A stretch of 64,000 nucleotides of DNA, taken from the IMG/VR virus record IMGVR_UViG_3300014205_000185, positions 32,001-96,000 of that record. One strand, 5' to 3'. The notes beneath the pieces were generated by a model. The model made no database searches. It saw nothing but the letters and a program-made list of their open reading frames with translations, and had not been told where the DNA came from. Positions 8,225 through 17,768 of the stretch are shown here, one piece after another; the first letter of the stretch is position 1; each line of letters begins with the position of its first letter. The DNA comes from a virus. Lineage: Duplodnaviria; Caudoviricetes. The translations under genes were made by a program, and so were the position numbers.

Positions 8225-8669
8225 ACAGAGCATCAACCTGGACGATGTCTTCAGGGCGCTATCTGAGTGGGGACAACAGGAGGCCGAGTTACGCACGAAG
8301 GTGCGAACTCTCCAGGCCACTATCGACGAGCTGACTCAGCAGCGCCAGCGGGGCATCGAGCGGCTCCGGCGTGACATGGGACTGCCCGACCGGCCCGGCA
8401 GCACCTTCGACATCGCCATCGATGAGGCCGTGCGTACCTACGAGGCTCGGGTGAACGAGTCCCGGGACGCGGCGGAGCTGCTCCAGGGCGACGTCATCTC
8501 CCTGCGCACCCAGGTCGAGACGATGATCGAGGAGCGCAATCAGGCCATCGCGCGCCTGGTCGAAACCCTGGAGAAGCCCGTCAACCGCAACCGGACCCTA
8601 AGCAATGCGGTCACGGAGGCAGTCGAGATGATCCAAGAAGCCAAGAAGATGGTCCAGGAGAACCTGTGA
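8217..8669 (+). CDS. coiled-coil protein
   Basis: GGGAGAG RBS, heptad repeats. Confidence 0.65.
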   Translation: MAEQSINLDDVFRALSEWGQQEAELRTKVRTLQATIDELTQQRQRGIERLRRDMGLPDRPGSTFDIAIDEAVRTYEARVNESRDAAELLQGDVISLRTQVETMIEERNQAIARLVETLEKPVNRNRTLSNAVTEAVEMIQEAKKMVQENL

Positions 8670-8938
8670 GATTCTCCGACGGGCCGGGTCGCCGCCAGCA
8701 ACGGAGCTGGTGGCGGGCCCTGCTCTGTCGGCTTGGTGGACATCGCTTCGGGATCTACAGCGTTGGTCATAACCACGGCAAGGAGTGCCGCTGGTGTTCG
8801 GTCGTCGGGTTCATGACCCCGGCAGAGGTCGCCTGGGCTACGCACGTCATGCCCGAGCCACCCCGGGAGGAACTGAAAGAGGTAGCAGTCGATGCTCTGG
8901 AGAAAGAGGCGGGCCAGCGCTCAGACCGGCAAGACTAA
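8666..8938 (+). CDS. small protein with C...H..CxxC motif
   Basis: AGGAG RBS; LLCRLGGH..CRWC. Confidence 0.55.
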   Translation: MRFSDGPGRRQQRSWWRALLCRLGGHRFGIYSVGHNHGKECRWCSVVGFMTPAEVAWATHVMPEPPREELKEVAVDALEKEAGQRSDRQD

Positions 8939-9194
8939 AGCCTTCCCTATCGACGAGATTCCCCTTGTCTACGCGGATAGGGCCACACAGAACGTCATGT
9001 GGGCCAGGGAACAGATCGTCCAGATGTTCAACTGGATCGACTATCACAGATCCGACGGCCACGACTGTATGCCCTACTGTCTGCCCCGGGAGGTCCGCGA
9101 GTTCCTGGACACCCTGGAGATCGTCCCGCTCAAAGTACTTCTGATCACGGCTCTCATGGACTCGGTGCCACTGGATGGTCACGGTGCCAGCTAG
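8892..9194 (+). CDS. hypothetical protein
   Basis: GAGG upstream; 100 aa. Confidence 0.55.
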   Translation: MLWRKRRASAQTGKTKAFPIDEIPLVYADRATQNVMWAREQIVQMFNWIDYHRSDGHDCMPYCLPREVREFLDTLEIVPLKVLLITALMDSVPLDGHGAS

Positions 9195-9216
9195 CAGCCA
9201 AAACTTAGCGCGCCTC

Positions 9217-9246
9217 GTGACCCCGACATCCCCCAGGGGCTAGGAT
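9217..9246 (+). promoter_or_regulatory. sigma70/HrdB-like promoter overlapped by the ACCCCGAYRTCCCC motif
   Basis: GTGACC-18nt-TAGGAT in an intergenic gap. Confidence 0.5.
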
Positions 9247-9280
9247 CATGGCATCCACCGAGCACAACCGGGAGGTTTGC

Positions 9281-9589
9281 ATGATCGACCCGACCGCCGT
9301 CCAGGCAGCGTTACAGGCGCCAGACGGCTGGACCGATACCCCGGAGCAAGCCCAGCTCCGGGCTTGCCTTACCCAGATCCTGAGTGGCCACGACGCGATC
9401 GACACCATCCGCATCTGCAAGGACGTCGTCAACGTCACGAGAGATCAGCTGCTTACTGGCGCCGCCAGTGTTCGTCGAGCTGCCGCGGCCGAAGCTCGCA
9501 AGTCCATGACCCCCAAGGAGATGTCGCAAGCCTCCGGGGAGACGCCGCAGACCATCTCCCGCTTATTAGCGGAATCAAAGATCGGATAA
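9281..9589 (+). CDS. small protein with C-terminal HTH-like segment
   Basis: GGAGG RBS; MTPKEMSQASGETPQTISRLL. Confidence 0.65.
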   Translation: MIDPTAVQAALQAPDGWTDTPEQAQLRACLTQILSGHDAIDTIRICKDVVNVTRDQLLTGAASVRRAAAAEARKSMTPKEMSQASGETPQTISRLLAESKIG

Positions 9590-9756
9590 GCGCATGGTTG
9601 ACGCTGAGGCGGCGCTGGAGAGCGCTATCGTGGCCATCCGAAAAGCCGAAAAGGCGGCTGAGATCAGTCCACCTAGTGACGCATATACCTGGGCGGTAAT
9701 CGCTGATACGTGGGCCAATATCGCCGGCCACATAAGGAAATTGGATACGTCCTCCG

Positions 9757-10257
9757 ATGGCCAGTGATGACGAGGCAAGAGGCTTCTCTCAGGGATACGC
9801 ACTAGCTGTCCGATGGCTTGAAGAGGTAGCCGAGACGCAGAAGGCTGACGGAAATTACACCCGTTGGGGTGTCTATCGGACCGGCGCCGGCTTCCTCCGT
9901 GACAATGCTCAGCGGGCCATTTATTGGCATCAGGACAAGCTCGTCGTCGAGTCGGCCGATGTGCAGGATTCTCTTCAGCAGATGGCCGACGAAGAGGGGC
10001 AGGAAGTACACCCCGCCGAGCCTGTTCATCGTTGGCCGTATTGGCTCTGTCGCTTGATCCTCCTCTTTGACCTGATACCACGCTATGGTCGCGTGTATCC
10101 GATAGTGAAGCCGTCGGATGACCAGGACCCGCCTCGCGCCGCGATATGGGTATGGCAGTGGCGAGGTTGGTGGGGACTACACTTCCTCGACCGGAGGGGT
10201 CTCCTTGAATGGGTCCAGGAGGAATATGCCCGTCGCCATTCAGTCGAAAAGCGTTAA
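9757..10257 (+). CDS. hypothetical Trp-rich protein
   Basis: 166-aa ORF on the operon strand. Confidence 0.55.
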   Translation: MASDDEARGFSQGYALAVRWLEEVAETQKADGNYTRWGVYRTGAGFLRDNAQRAIYWHQDKLVVESADVQDSLQQMADEEGQEVHPAEPVHRWPYWLCRLILLFDLIPRYGRVYPIVKPSDDQDPPRAAIWVWQWRGWWGLHFLDRRGLLEWVQEEYARRHSVEKR

Positions 10258-10407
10258 GACGTACGTCAGGCCGCAGATATTAGCTAATCGCTATCGGCCC
10301 TTTAGTCATGGAATCGATACGGAGATTCCGGTGAGCCCTGAGGATTTCCGTCGGTTCCGGGATGCTTCGCTTGCCGCACGTTCTCCGTTTAAGGCAGGGC
10401 CATTGGA

Positions 10408-10863
10408 ATGGTCAAACCATATCGAATCTTAGTAACGGGTTGGCGGGACTGGCCGCGTGAGTCGGCCTGGGTCATCGAGAATGCCTTGCGCAGACGCGCC
10501 TTCGGTGCCGGCATACCGGCCAACCGGCGCATTGTCGTGGTTGATGGACTCTGCCCGTACGGGGGCGCCGACCAGTGGGCGCACGAATGGGCAGTGAGGC
10601 ACCAGGACCTCAATATCGGCTGGGAGCGGCACCCAGCTGCGCGCGGGCCGCAGGGCCAGCTCCTAGGGCCCGCGCGCAACACCAAGATGGTCAAGCTCGG
10701 AGCCGACGTCTGTCTGGCCTTCCCTGGGCCTGGCTCCCGAGGGACGATTGACTGCATGACCAAGGCGGAGAACGCGGGCATCCTGGTCCTCACCTACGAG
10801 TGGTCGGAGAAGTTTCGACCAACGAGTCCTGGGACCCTTGACAGCACCCCGATGTCCCCGTGA
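10408..10863 (+). CDS. SLOG-superfamily protein (DUF2493/YspA-like)
   Basis: RILVTGWRDW, VVDGxCxxGGAD, GPARNxxMV, CLAF..GSRGT motifs. Confidence 0.85.
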   Translation: MVKPYRILVTGWRDWPRESAWVIENALRRRAFGAGIPANRRIVVVDGLCPYGGADQWAHEWAVRHQDLNIGWERHPAARGPQGQLLGPARNTKMVKLGADVCLAFPGPGSRGTIDCMTKAENAGILVLTYEWSEKFRPTSPGTLDSTPMSP

Positions 10864-10867
10864 TAGT
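10838..10867 (+). promoter_or_regulatory. candidate promoter with the motif in its spacer
   Basis: TTGACA-18nt-GATAGT; spacer contains ACCCCGATGTCCCC. Confidence 0.5.
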
Positions 10868-10948
10868 GGAGGGACCGGCGGCGCCGGTCGTAGACGGGAC
10901 ATAGTCCAGGGTCGCGGCCGGCACCTGCTTCCCCTACCGGAAAGGCTG

Positions 10949-11212
10949 ATGGCGATGACGAACGACGAGGCCAAGGAACTGATCAGGCGCCTATCGGGTC
11001 GCGTCCTTCCTGGCGCGGCGAACGCCCTGTGCTACAAGGTGGCCACCAGGACCAACAAGACGGACCTCATCCGGGTCGCACAGGCCGCCGGCTGCGACTA
11101 CGTCGAGGACCCCGAGGACAAGCTCCAGCTCATGGTCACTGGAACCGTGGAGCAGCTGCACGAGGTCCTGGAGGCCTTGGCGACCCTGGAGCGCTCGTCC
11201 AATGGCAGTTGA
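10949..11212 (+). CDS. hypothetical protein
   Basis: GAAAGG RBS. Confidence 0.6.
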   Translation: MAMTNDEAKELIRRLSGRVLPGAANALCYKVATRTNKTDLIRVAQAAGCDYVEDPEDKLQLMVTGTVEQLHEVLEALATLERSSNGS

Positions 11213-11513
11213 CTTAGAGACCTACCAGCGGTACCTGCTGGCCGAAAAGAAGGCCAAAGATCTCGGGTTATCGCTGGTGGAGGTACTAGACCGCGCCCAG
11301 CTGCTCCTCACCGCGGACCGGCGGCACAACCTCTCCGTCCAGGCTGTAGAAGACGTCTGTCGGCGCCTGGACCGACAGAGCCCCAACAAGTTGATGGCGT
11401 ATTTCAACGGCGGCAGGACCGAGGGCACGTCGGCGGAGATGTTTGAGGCCACCAAGAAGTGGCTGGAGATCGTGGTCCAGAACCTCGCCAAGAAGACCCT
11501 CGAAGATCTGTAG
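11202..11513 (+). CDS. hypothetical protein
   Basis: 103-aa ORF in the operon. Confidence 0.65.
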   Translation: MAVDLETYQRYLLAEKKAKDLGLSLVEVLDRAQLLLTADRRHNLSVQAVEDVCRRLDRQSPNKLMAYFNGGRTEGTSAEMFEATKKWLEIVVQNLAKKTLEDL

Positions 11514-11549
11514 ATCGCTGGACCCCAAAACCTTCTGGAGGAGTTGACC

Positions 11550-11957
11550 ATGACCACAATTCTGGAGCCCGCAGACGTCCTGGAGCAGGCGGCCGACATC
11601 ATCGAGGACGGCGGCCTGGCCCGCTGGAACCTGAAGAACAACGACGGCGCGCACTGCGCCATTGGCGCGCTCATGGAGGTGGAGGTGAACGCCGGCCTCA
11701 GATACCGCGTCGATTACGGAACACACAAGGGCGGCAGCGGTCGAGAAAGCCTGCTCCTTAAGAGGACAGTCAAGGCTCTCTACGATCACCTCCTTGAGGA
11801 TGGAACCCCCGTCCACCCTAACGACAAGGAGTACGACGTGGTGCCCGGCAGCTGGACGGTGGCCCGCTGGAGCAACACGTCCGACGAAGCGGCGGACGTG
11901 GTCGACGTTATGCGCCGCACGGCCAAAGAGCTGCGCAACGAGGCGGTTCCCCGATGA
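11550..11957 (+). CDS. DUF6197-like protein
   Basis: ADVLEQAADII..G....G.HCAIGAL..W.N....V pattern; GGAGGAG RBS. Confidence 0.65.
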   Translation: MTTILEPADVLEQAADIIEDGGLARWNLKNNDGAHCAIGALMEVEVNAGLRYRVDYGTHKGGSGRESLLLKRTVKALYDHLLEDGTPVHPNDKEYDVVPGSWTVARWSNTSDEAADVVDVMRRTAKELRNEAVPR

Positions 11958-12229
11958 TCGATCTGATCGCCTGCATGCCACAGGATCGGTCAGGATTGCC
12001 GGCCATCCCGGAACTCGACGCGATAGTCATTACCGACCTCTACGTGGCTGACGCCTGTCAGAAGTGTGGGCAGGCGATATGGGTCGGTCCTCGCCAGTCC
12101 GCGGCCCACAGCCTGGAGCCGGAGCGCTATGCCATCGTGTGCTTCGAGTGCGCTGCCGCCATCGCTGGTCCCGACCCTGGCGTGGTGCAGTTGGGTGGCG
12201 GGTACGGCGTAGAGGGGCGGCGGCGGTGA
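11954..12229 (+). CDS. small Zn-finger protein
   Basis: CQKC...CFEC. Confidence 0.6.
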   Translation: MIDLIACMPQDRSGLPAIPELDAIVITDLYVADACQKCGQAIWVGPRQSAAHSLEPERYAIVCFECAAAIAGPDPGVVQLGGGYGVEGRRR

Positions 12230-12353
12230 CCACGTTGGCACTGGAGGTCAGTCTCCGTCTTCGGCTCTGGTCGACACGGCTTATGGCTGCCTATCGGTAC
12301 GCTCCCCAGCACGCGATCTATGCCCCCTACTCGCGGAGGCTGACCCTAACGCC

Positions 12354-12608
12354 ATGACGTGGCTGAAGACCGGAGAGCTGGTTTGTGACACCCCGGGCTG
12401 CAAGCTGGTATTCGAGTTCCCGGGCCCCAGGGTCGAGGTCGTCAGAGCCGCTCGCGCGCACGGCTGGCACATCTATGTCGGCCCGAGCTTGTCCGGCAAG
12501 TCCCTCGACTCGGCCCTCTGTGAGGCGTGCGTGGGCACCGCTCGCTCGAAGATGGCCCCAGTGACCCGCTTCGCTGAAGAGGTTCCCCTGTTTGACCTGG
12601 AGAGCTGA
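12354..12608 (+). CDS. small Zn-binding protein
   Basis: CDTPGC...ARAHGW...LCEAC, a common phage motif. Confidence 0.65.
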   Translation: MTWLKTGELVCDTPGCKLVFEFPGPRVEVVRAARAHGWHIYVGPSLSGKSLDSALCEACVGTARSKMAPVTRFAEEVPLFDLES

Positions 12609-12901
12609 TGAATTCGGAGAAGGTGGTCAGGGATACCTGGTCCAACTACAACAGGTCGCACCGGTTCTGGATCCTGAGTGGCCCAACGCTGTCCGATCCG
12701 CAAGTCAACGTCCGGTGCGCTCGGTGCGGACAGACACGGAAAGTTTGGGCACATGTGGACCTAGACGGAGACGTCCGTTGGGGCTGTCCGTCGATCCCGG
12801 CGTGGTACCGGTTCAGACTGTGGCTGAACGTCAAGGAGATCCCGGGCTGGGACTGCAACACCATCCCTCCGTGGATAAAGAAGAAGGAGAGGAAGCGTTG
12901 A
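12608..12901 (+). CDS. hypothetical protein
   Basis: GGAG RBS, TGATG coupling. Confidence 0.55.
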   Translation: MNSEKVVRDTWSNYNRSHRFWILSGPTLSDPQVNVRCARCGQTRKVWAHVDLDGDVRWGCPSIPAWYRFRLWLNVKEIPGWDCNTIPPWIKKKERKR

Positions 12902-13104
12902 AGCGACTTGGTGGCTGGCTTCTGCTGATCGGGACCGTCGTCGGGTTCGTGGCGGCCTTGGTGCAGATCGAGAAACTGACTTCTGATGACGTTGCCCTGT
13001 ACTGCCTCGGCGCGAGCGTCGTCGGAATCATCGCCGGTATAGGCGGTATGACGGCCCGCAACATTCTGAAGAAGAACCCGAGGAAGGTGAGGGTGCAGAA
13101 GTGA
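12898..13104 (+). CDS. two-TM membrane protein
   Basis: AGGAGAGG RBS before TTG; two hydrophobic helices. Confidence 0.55.
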   Translation: MKRLGGWLLLIGTVVGFVAALVQIEKLTSDDVALYCLGASVVGIIAGIGGMTARNILKKNPRKVRVQK

Positions 13105-13478
13105 CTGTTGAGTCATCGCCACCTCAGGGCCCCAAGAAGAGGGCCCTTGATGCCTATGTGGACAAGCTCGCCGATCTCCGTGAGTGCGCCGTACAGCAGA
13201 AGTTCTGGGAGGAACGGGAGAAGCGCATCAAGGCCGAGCTGGCTGAGGTCCTGGGCGACGCGACTATCGGCACGGTGAGCGGTCAGGACGTCGTGTTCTA
13301 CGAGTACAAGGACTCGTTCCGCGGCGGAGACTTCGCCAAGGCGTATCCCGACATGGCGAAGCTCTACAGCCGCGACATTGTCAAGAACCAGTTTGACCCG
13401 AAGTGGCTCAAGGTAGCGCGGCCCGACCTGTACGAGCAGTTCCAGACCCGAGCGTTCAGGTCGACCTGGGATGCCTAA
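13101..13478 (+). CDS. conserved-type phage protein (helix then beta strands)
   Basis: 125 aa; resembles the C-terminal part of YqaJ-type recombinase proteins (F....F....PDLYEQF...RAF). Confidence 0.6.
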   Translation: MTVESSPPQGPKKRALDAYVDKLADLRECAVQQKFWEEREKRIKAELAEVLGDATIGTVSGQDVVFYEYKDSFRGGDFAKAYPDMAKLYSRDIVKNQFDPKWLKVARPDLYEQFQTRAFRSTWDA

Positions 13479-13699
13479 GACACCCAACTCCTCGGACCGG
13501 GCCTTGCTCGTGTCGATCCTCGTCGGCTGCCTCATTGCCGCCATCTGCATAGCATGCTCGAACTTCTTGGGCCTAGGGCCAAGGCTATGACGAGCAAAAC
13601 CAAGGAGGACTGGCCGACCGTCATCGCCATCGGTTTATCGGTACTGTTCGTCGTGCTCTGTTCCTCGAAGTTCATTCCCTTCCTGTTGGACCGCATGAC

Positions 13700-14311
13700 G
13701 TGGTGAACCGACCGAAGATCAAGGGGACCAAAGCCGAGTCCGCCGTGGAGAAGTACCTGAAAGACCATGGCTGGCCCTACGCCGAGCGTCGCAGCCTCAA
13801 GGGCGCGCTCGACAAGGGAGACATGACCGGCGTCCCTGGTCTGTGCGTCGAGGTCAAGTACGCGGGTAAGGGTCTCAAGCTCGGGCAATGGCTTACGGAA
13901 ACTGGGATCGAGCGCATCAATGCGGGTGCTGATCACGGAATCTTGGTCATCAAGCCGCCGGGGTTAGGAGACAAGCGCACCGGACAGTGGTACGCGGCGA
14001 TGGTCGGCAAAGACTTCGACCTGCTTGCAATGCGTACCACTGTCCGGAGCGCTTACGTCTGTCCATTGAGGATTGCGCACGGAGAACCCACGACCTACAC
14101 GGCGGCGACGTTACGCCAGGAGCTGCCAGTCCTGGTCCGCGAGAACCAGGAGCCGGATCAGGCGGCCGTCTTGACGCTGCTACCCCCCGGCAGCAAGGAA
14201 AAGCCTGAAACCTGGTACCGGGTAACGGTCCTGGACCACATGATCCGCCTACTTTGGGCGGCTGGATACGGAGATCCCAATGGCAGTGCCCATCGACCGG
14301 AACAGCCCTGA
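13700..14311 (+). CDS. Holliday junction resolvase-like PD-(D/E)xK nuclease
   Basis: KGTKAE..V..YL...GW..AERR...G..DKGD....L.VEVK. Confidence 0.85.
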   Translation: MVNRPKIKGTKAESAVEKYLKDHGWPYAERRSLKGALDKGDMTGVPGLCVEVKYAGKGLKLGQWLTETGIERINAGADHGILVIKPPGLGDKRTGQWYAAMVGKDFDLLAMRTTVRSAYVCPLRIAHGEPTTYTAATLRQELPVLVRENQEPDQAAVLTLLPPGSKEKPETWYRVTVLDHMIRLLWAAGYGDPNGSAHRPEQP

Positions 14312-14780
14312 GTGGCAACAGCGCTACGAGCGGCACGTAGAGAGCGTCCGAGGCAACGTCGAGAAATACGGCTGGTCGATCCAGGCAGTCTTCCCGACCG
14401 AGGATGACCCGGGCGTCGTCTTCGCCTACACGATCGGACTGATCGGCAAGGGCTGCGTGTGCGAGCTGTTGATTGCCCAGCTGCCATTCGACGCGATGGC
14501 GACCCTGCTCAATCAGATTGCCGCCTCGATGCTGGAGAATGGCGGCGTGCCTCCGTCTGAGTGGCCCATGGGCGATAGCGAGTACATGCTGCGGTCCGTC
14601 TGGGTACCGGGCCCCGACGCGATGTACCCGTTGGGAATGGCCGGTGCCTATTACGGCGTCGAGGCCGTGCCCGCCATCCAGTACGTCTGGCCCGGACGCG
14701 AGCACCAGTACCCATGGGATGAGAGCTGGCCCGAGGAGTGGGTGCAGCCCGTCGGTGGCGCTGGCCGCCCTCATCGATGA
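14280..14780 (+). CDS. DUF4262-family protein
   Basis: YGWSIQAV..FAYTIGL..ELLI..L..IQYVWP....YPW. Confidence 0.8.
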   Translation: MAVPIDRNSPEWQQRYERHVESVRGNVEKYGWSIQAVFPTEDDPGVVFAYTIGLIGKGCVCELLIAQLPFDAMATLLNQIAASMLENGGVPPSEWPMGDSEYMLRSVWVPGPDAMYPLGMAGAYYGVEAVPAIQYVWPGREHQYPWDESWPEEWVQPVGGAGRPHR

Positions 14781-15006
14781 ACCGACAGGGTCGGCACCGC
14801 GTCTACAAGTACGCCGACCGTTGGTGCGGGAGGTGCGGGACCTGTCGCGATGTCGTCGAGAACCCGCGGTGGATATCGACCCTGAGCTTGCTGGAGCTAC
14901 ATGTTCGCGAGCATCAGGGGTTGACACCGGGGGCGTCCGTCATTCAAGCTTAGGGGGACATCGGGGTACAAGCCCCAGCAGAGCCCCTACCTCTGGAGAG
15001 CGAAAG

Positions 15007-15306
15007 ATGGACGACAAACAGATCAGAGCCGCCGCTCTGGAGTATTCCGTCAGAGCCCACAGCGGCTCGCGGACGACCGACGCCCAGGTTCTGAATGTGG
15101 CCCAGCTATTCGAGGGCTACATCCGCTACGGCCGGCGTCCTACAGGAGACAGCGCCAAGGTCGACGAGCCCGAGTACGTCACCGTAGAAGCGCGTCGGGA
15201 GGCTTGCGTCGCTGTCTCTCGCGGGATCGTTCATGGGCCACACTGCTGGTTCGCCAACGAGCGGGCCCAGGATCAGCAGCTCTACTGCTCCGGCAGGGAG
15301 GCCTAG
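15007..15306 (+). CDS. hypothetical protein
   Basis: GGAGAG RBS. Confidence 0.55.
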   Translation: MDDKQIRAAALEYSVRAHSGSRTTDAQVLNVAQLFEGYIRYGRRPTGDSAKVDEPEYVTVEARREACVAVSRGIVHGPHCWFANERAQDQQLYCSGREA

Positions 15307-15308
15307 TC

Positions 15309-15677
15309 ATGCCCACGTGGCTGATTTACGTGCTCTATTTCGTGGGTGCGCTTGCGGCGCTTCGCTACGCTGCCTTCAGACTGCAAGACAAGATCGATCG
15401 GGAGGATCATCGTTATGGCATTCCTCCGGGAACAAGGTCATGGTTGCAGCACGATCTCTCGTTCCCAGTAGTGACGGGCGCCGTCTTCTGGCCCCTCGTA
15501 ACGCTTTTCTTGATCCTGCGTTTTGCGACCTTCCCGCGCGGCGTCACCAGTAAGTTCGCCCGCGAACGGGCGAAGGAGCTGGAGCTGAAGAAGCGCGAGA
15601 GGGTCATGAAGGAGCAGGCCGAGGAGATTCTCCGACTGTGCAAAGAGAACGGCCTCATCATCCCCCCCAGTCTGTAA
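15309..15677 (+). CDS. membrane protein
   Basis: two hydrophobic segments, FWP motif. Confidence 0.6.
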   Translation: MPTWLIYVLYFVGALAALRYAAFRLQDKIDREDHRYGIPPGTRSWLQHDLSFPVVTGAVFWPLVTLFLILRFATFPRGVTSKFARERAKELELKKRERVMKEQAEEILRLCKENGLIIPPSL

Positions 15678-15731
15678 CGCCAGCAACACCACCATTGCGC
15701 CGCCCATTACTCAAGGAGAGAGTGAAGGACC

Positions 15732-16358
15732 ATGCAGAAGCGTTTCAAGGTGATGGCGCTGGCCGTCATCGCTGTCAGCCTCGGCGTTACGCTCGCGGGC
15801 TGTACGTCAGACGACACAAAGGGCAACCCAGGCACCAACATCGCCGACAACCGGCAGAACTACACACCGAAGAACGATGTTGAGGGACACAACTACAACG
15901 CCCGTCAGGCCATCGCCGACAACCCCGCGACCCTGATCTGGTGCACGGTATTTCCGACGTCGCCGAACGCCAAGGCGTTCACCATCCCGATCGTCGGCAA
16001 GCTCACCTCGGGCAACAAGCGTCCCTATCCGACTGAGCAGGCAGTCATCGACAGCGACACCGGCGGCTACACCTACAACCCTGAGGTCCCTGGCCCTGAC
16101 GGTATGTTCGGCACCTCGGGTGAGTACCGGTACGGCTTCGATCCGGCCGGCAACTACCACGACTTCTACAACCTGGAGACGTACTGCACGACCGTGCCGA
16201 ACGTCCTCCAGAAGGAGCAGACCATCGTGGTGATCAAGGCAGCCGGCGATCTCGGCGCCATCGACAAGCAGGTCGAGGCCGCGCTCGCGGCATGCCGGGC
16301 CAAGGACCCGGACCCGTCGCACACTTGCCCCGAAGCCGCTCGGCTGTTGGGGGTCTGA
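15732..16358 (+). CDS. lipoprotein
   Basis: signal peptide with lipobox LAGC. Confidence 0.8.
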   Translation: MQKRFKVMALAVIAVSLGVTLAGCTSDDTKGNPGTNIADNRQNYTPKNDVEGHNYNARQAIADNPATLIWCTVFPTSPNAKAFTIPIVGKLTSGNKRPYPTEQAVIDSDTGGYTYNPEVPGPDGMFGTSGEYRYGFDPAGNYHDFYNLETYCTTVPNVLQKEQTIVVIKAAGDLGAIDKQVEAALAACRAKDPDPSHTCPEAARLLGV

Positions 16359-16359
16359 C

Positions 16360-16809
16360 GTGAGGCTGAGCAACTACAACGGCACGTGGCTGGAGAACCA
16401 GACCCCGGGCAAGCTCGCCGTGAAAGCCGTCGGCGCTGTGTTGGTCCTGTCACTGCTGATCTGCGGTGCCGGTTGGATCTTCGGCTGGCTCAAGACCGGC
16501 GCTGACGTGGTTGGCCCCGACAACGTCAAGAAGCAGTGGGAGTTCGCCTACGAGTACGATCGGGCGCTCGGTGCCATCGCCAACAACTGGTGCAGCATCA
16601 AGAAAGCAGAAGACGTGGCCGTCGGCGACGCCAAGGAGCAGCGAACCTCGCAGCGCCTGGCCCAGGAGACGCTCTATGCCTCACGCAAGGCCGAGTATGA
16701 CGCCGCCCTGGCCAACGCCTTCAAGGCTGGTCTGGTTGCCCCACCGGATGTCCCGAAGCAGGCTCCAACGCTTCAGGAGAAGGTCTCCAGCCTCCGCCTG
16801 GAGTGCTGA
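16360..16809 (+). CDS. membrane-anchored helical protein paired with the lipoprotein
   Basis: single N-proximal TM helix followed by a coiled region. Confidence 0.7.
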   Translation: MRLSNYNGTWLENQTPGKLAVKAVGAVLVLSLLICGAGWIFGWLKTGADVVGPDNVKKQWEFAYEYDRALGAIANNWCSIKKAEDVAVGDAKEQRTSQRLAQETLYASRKAEYDAALANAFKAGLVAPPDVPKQAPTLQEKVSSLRLEC

Positions 16810-16857
16810 CCGCAATCCCTACAACCCCTACACAATGCAAACCTGGAGGAGTAAGTC

Positions 16858-17220
16858 ATGAAGTTCGTTTCCCGACTCGGGGTCGTCGGCGCCGTCGCCT
16901 ACGCCGCGTATCTGGCCAACAAGAAGTACCAGCTCGTCGACAAGGCCTCGGTGCTGGCCAACGCGGCTGTCGCCAAGGCCACTGAGGTCGCCGACGGTCT
17001 GCTCACCAAGGCCTTCGAGGTGCTCGGTGACCCGTCCGCGGAGGCTCATCAGGACGAGGAGGAGCAGGAGCCAGCCCCTGGGCCTGACGTGCGCGTCGCC
17101 CAGGCTGCCCCCTCAGTCCCGACGTCTCCGGTCTACGGGGACGCGAACGTCCGCTACGGGGCGGCGCCGGGTGTTACCTACCCGACCTCAGGCGAAGCTT
17201 GGGCTGCGGGGCTCCGATGA
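16858..17220 (+). CDS. hypothetical protein
   Basis: GGAGGAG RBS. Confidence 0.65.
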   Translation: MKFVSRLGVVGAVAYAAYLANKKYQLVDKASVLANAAVAKATEVADGLLTKAFEVLGDPSAEAHQDEEEQEPAPGPDVRVAQAAPSVPTSPVYGDANVRYGAAPGVTYPTSGEAWAAGLR

Positions 17221-17675
17221 CCGCGCCACAAGAGCCTCAGGAGCTTCAGCAGTACGACGCCGGCAGCGTGCAGTACGCCCCGGCGACACAGGTCCGGCTC
17301 ATGCCTCGCGCTCCGCTGGGCAGCAAGCCCACGCTGGACGTGACTCAGCTCGTGGACGTCGGCGCCCTTCTCGGTGCCCACGGCCTGGAGCGGGGCGAGG
17401 TCAGCGCTCTGATCGACGTGCTCCAGACCATCATGATGGACGCCACCCTGACGAGCCTGCCCAAGGTGCTGGAGCGCATCAAGATCGCCAATGTGGCCCG
17501 ACTGCGCCGACTGAGCGCTTCGATCAAGGATCTGCCCAAGGTCCGGCTGGCCACCCCACAGCAGGGATGGCGGGGGGCAATGGGCGGGACGCAGGTCGAC
17601 CCGGCCGAGTACGTTGACCTGAAGTCGGTTCAGCTTCTGATCGCCGCGGCCATCTCGGAGAACCCGGCCACCTGA
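17217..17675 (+). CDS. hypothetical protein
   Basis: ATGA-coupled ORF. Confidence 0.6.
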   Translation: MTAPQEPQELQQYDAGSVQYAPATQVRLMPRAPLGSKPTLDVTQLVDVGALLGAHGLERGEVSALIDVLQTIMMDATLTSLPKVLERIKIANVARLRRLSASIKDLPKVRLATPQQGWRGAMGGTQVDPAEYVDLKSVQLLIAAAISENPAT

Positions 17676-17681
17676 AAAGCT

Positions 17682-17738
17682 GCCACGGGGAGCTGCGCGC
17701 CAGTTGTAGGGGCTCGGCGAGCGCTCCCCGTGGCTTTT
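17682..17738 (+). terminator. intrinsic terminator-like hairpin
   Basis: GCCACGGGGAGC / GCTCCCCGTGGC perfect 12-bp stem followed by TTTT. Confidence 0.65.
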
Positions 17739-17768
17739 CGCTGTTCACAAGTGAAGGTGGGGTCCCTC

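Noticed and set aside
14981-17715. 10-mer GAGCCCCTAC at 14981 (+) and 17706 (-)
   Set aside because: Only two exact copies of a short GC-rich word, so chance cannot be excluded.
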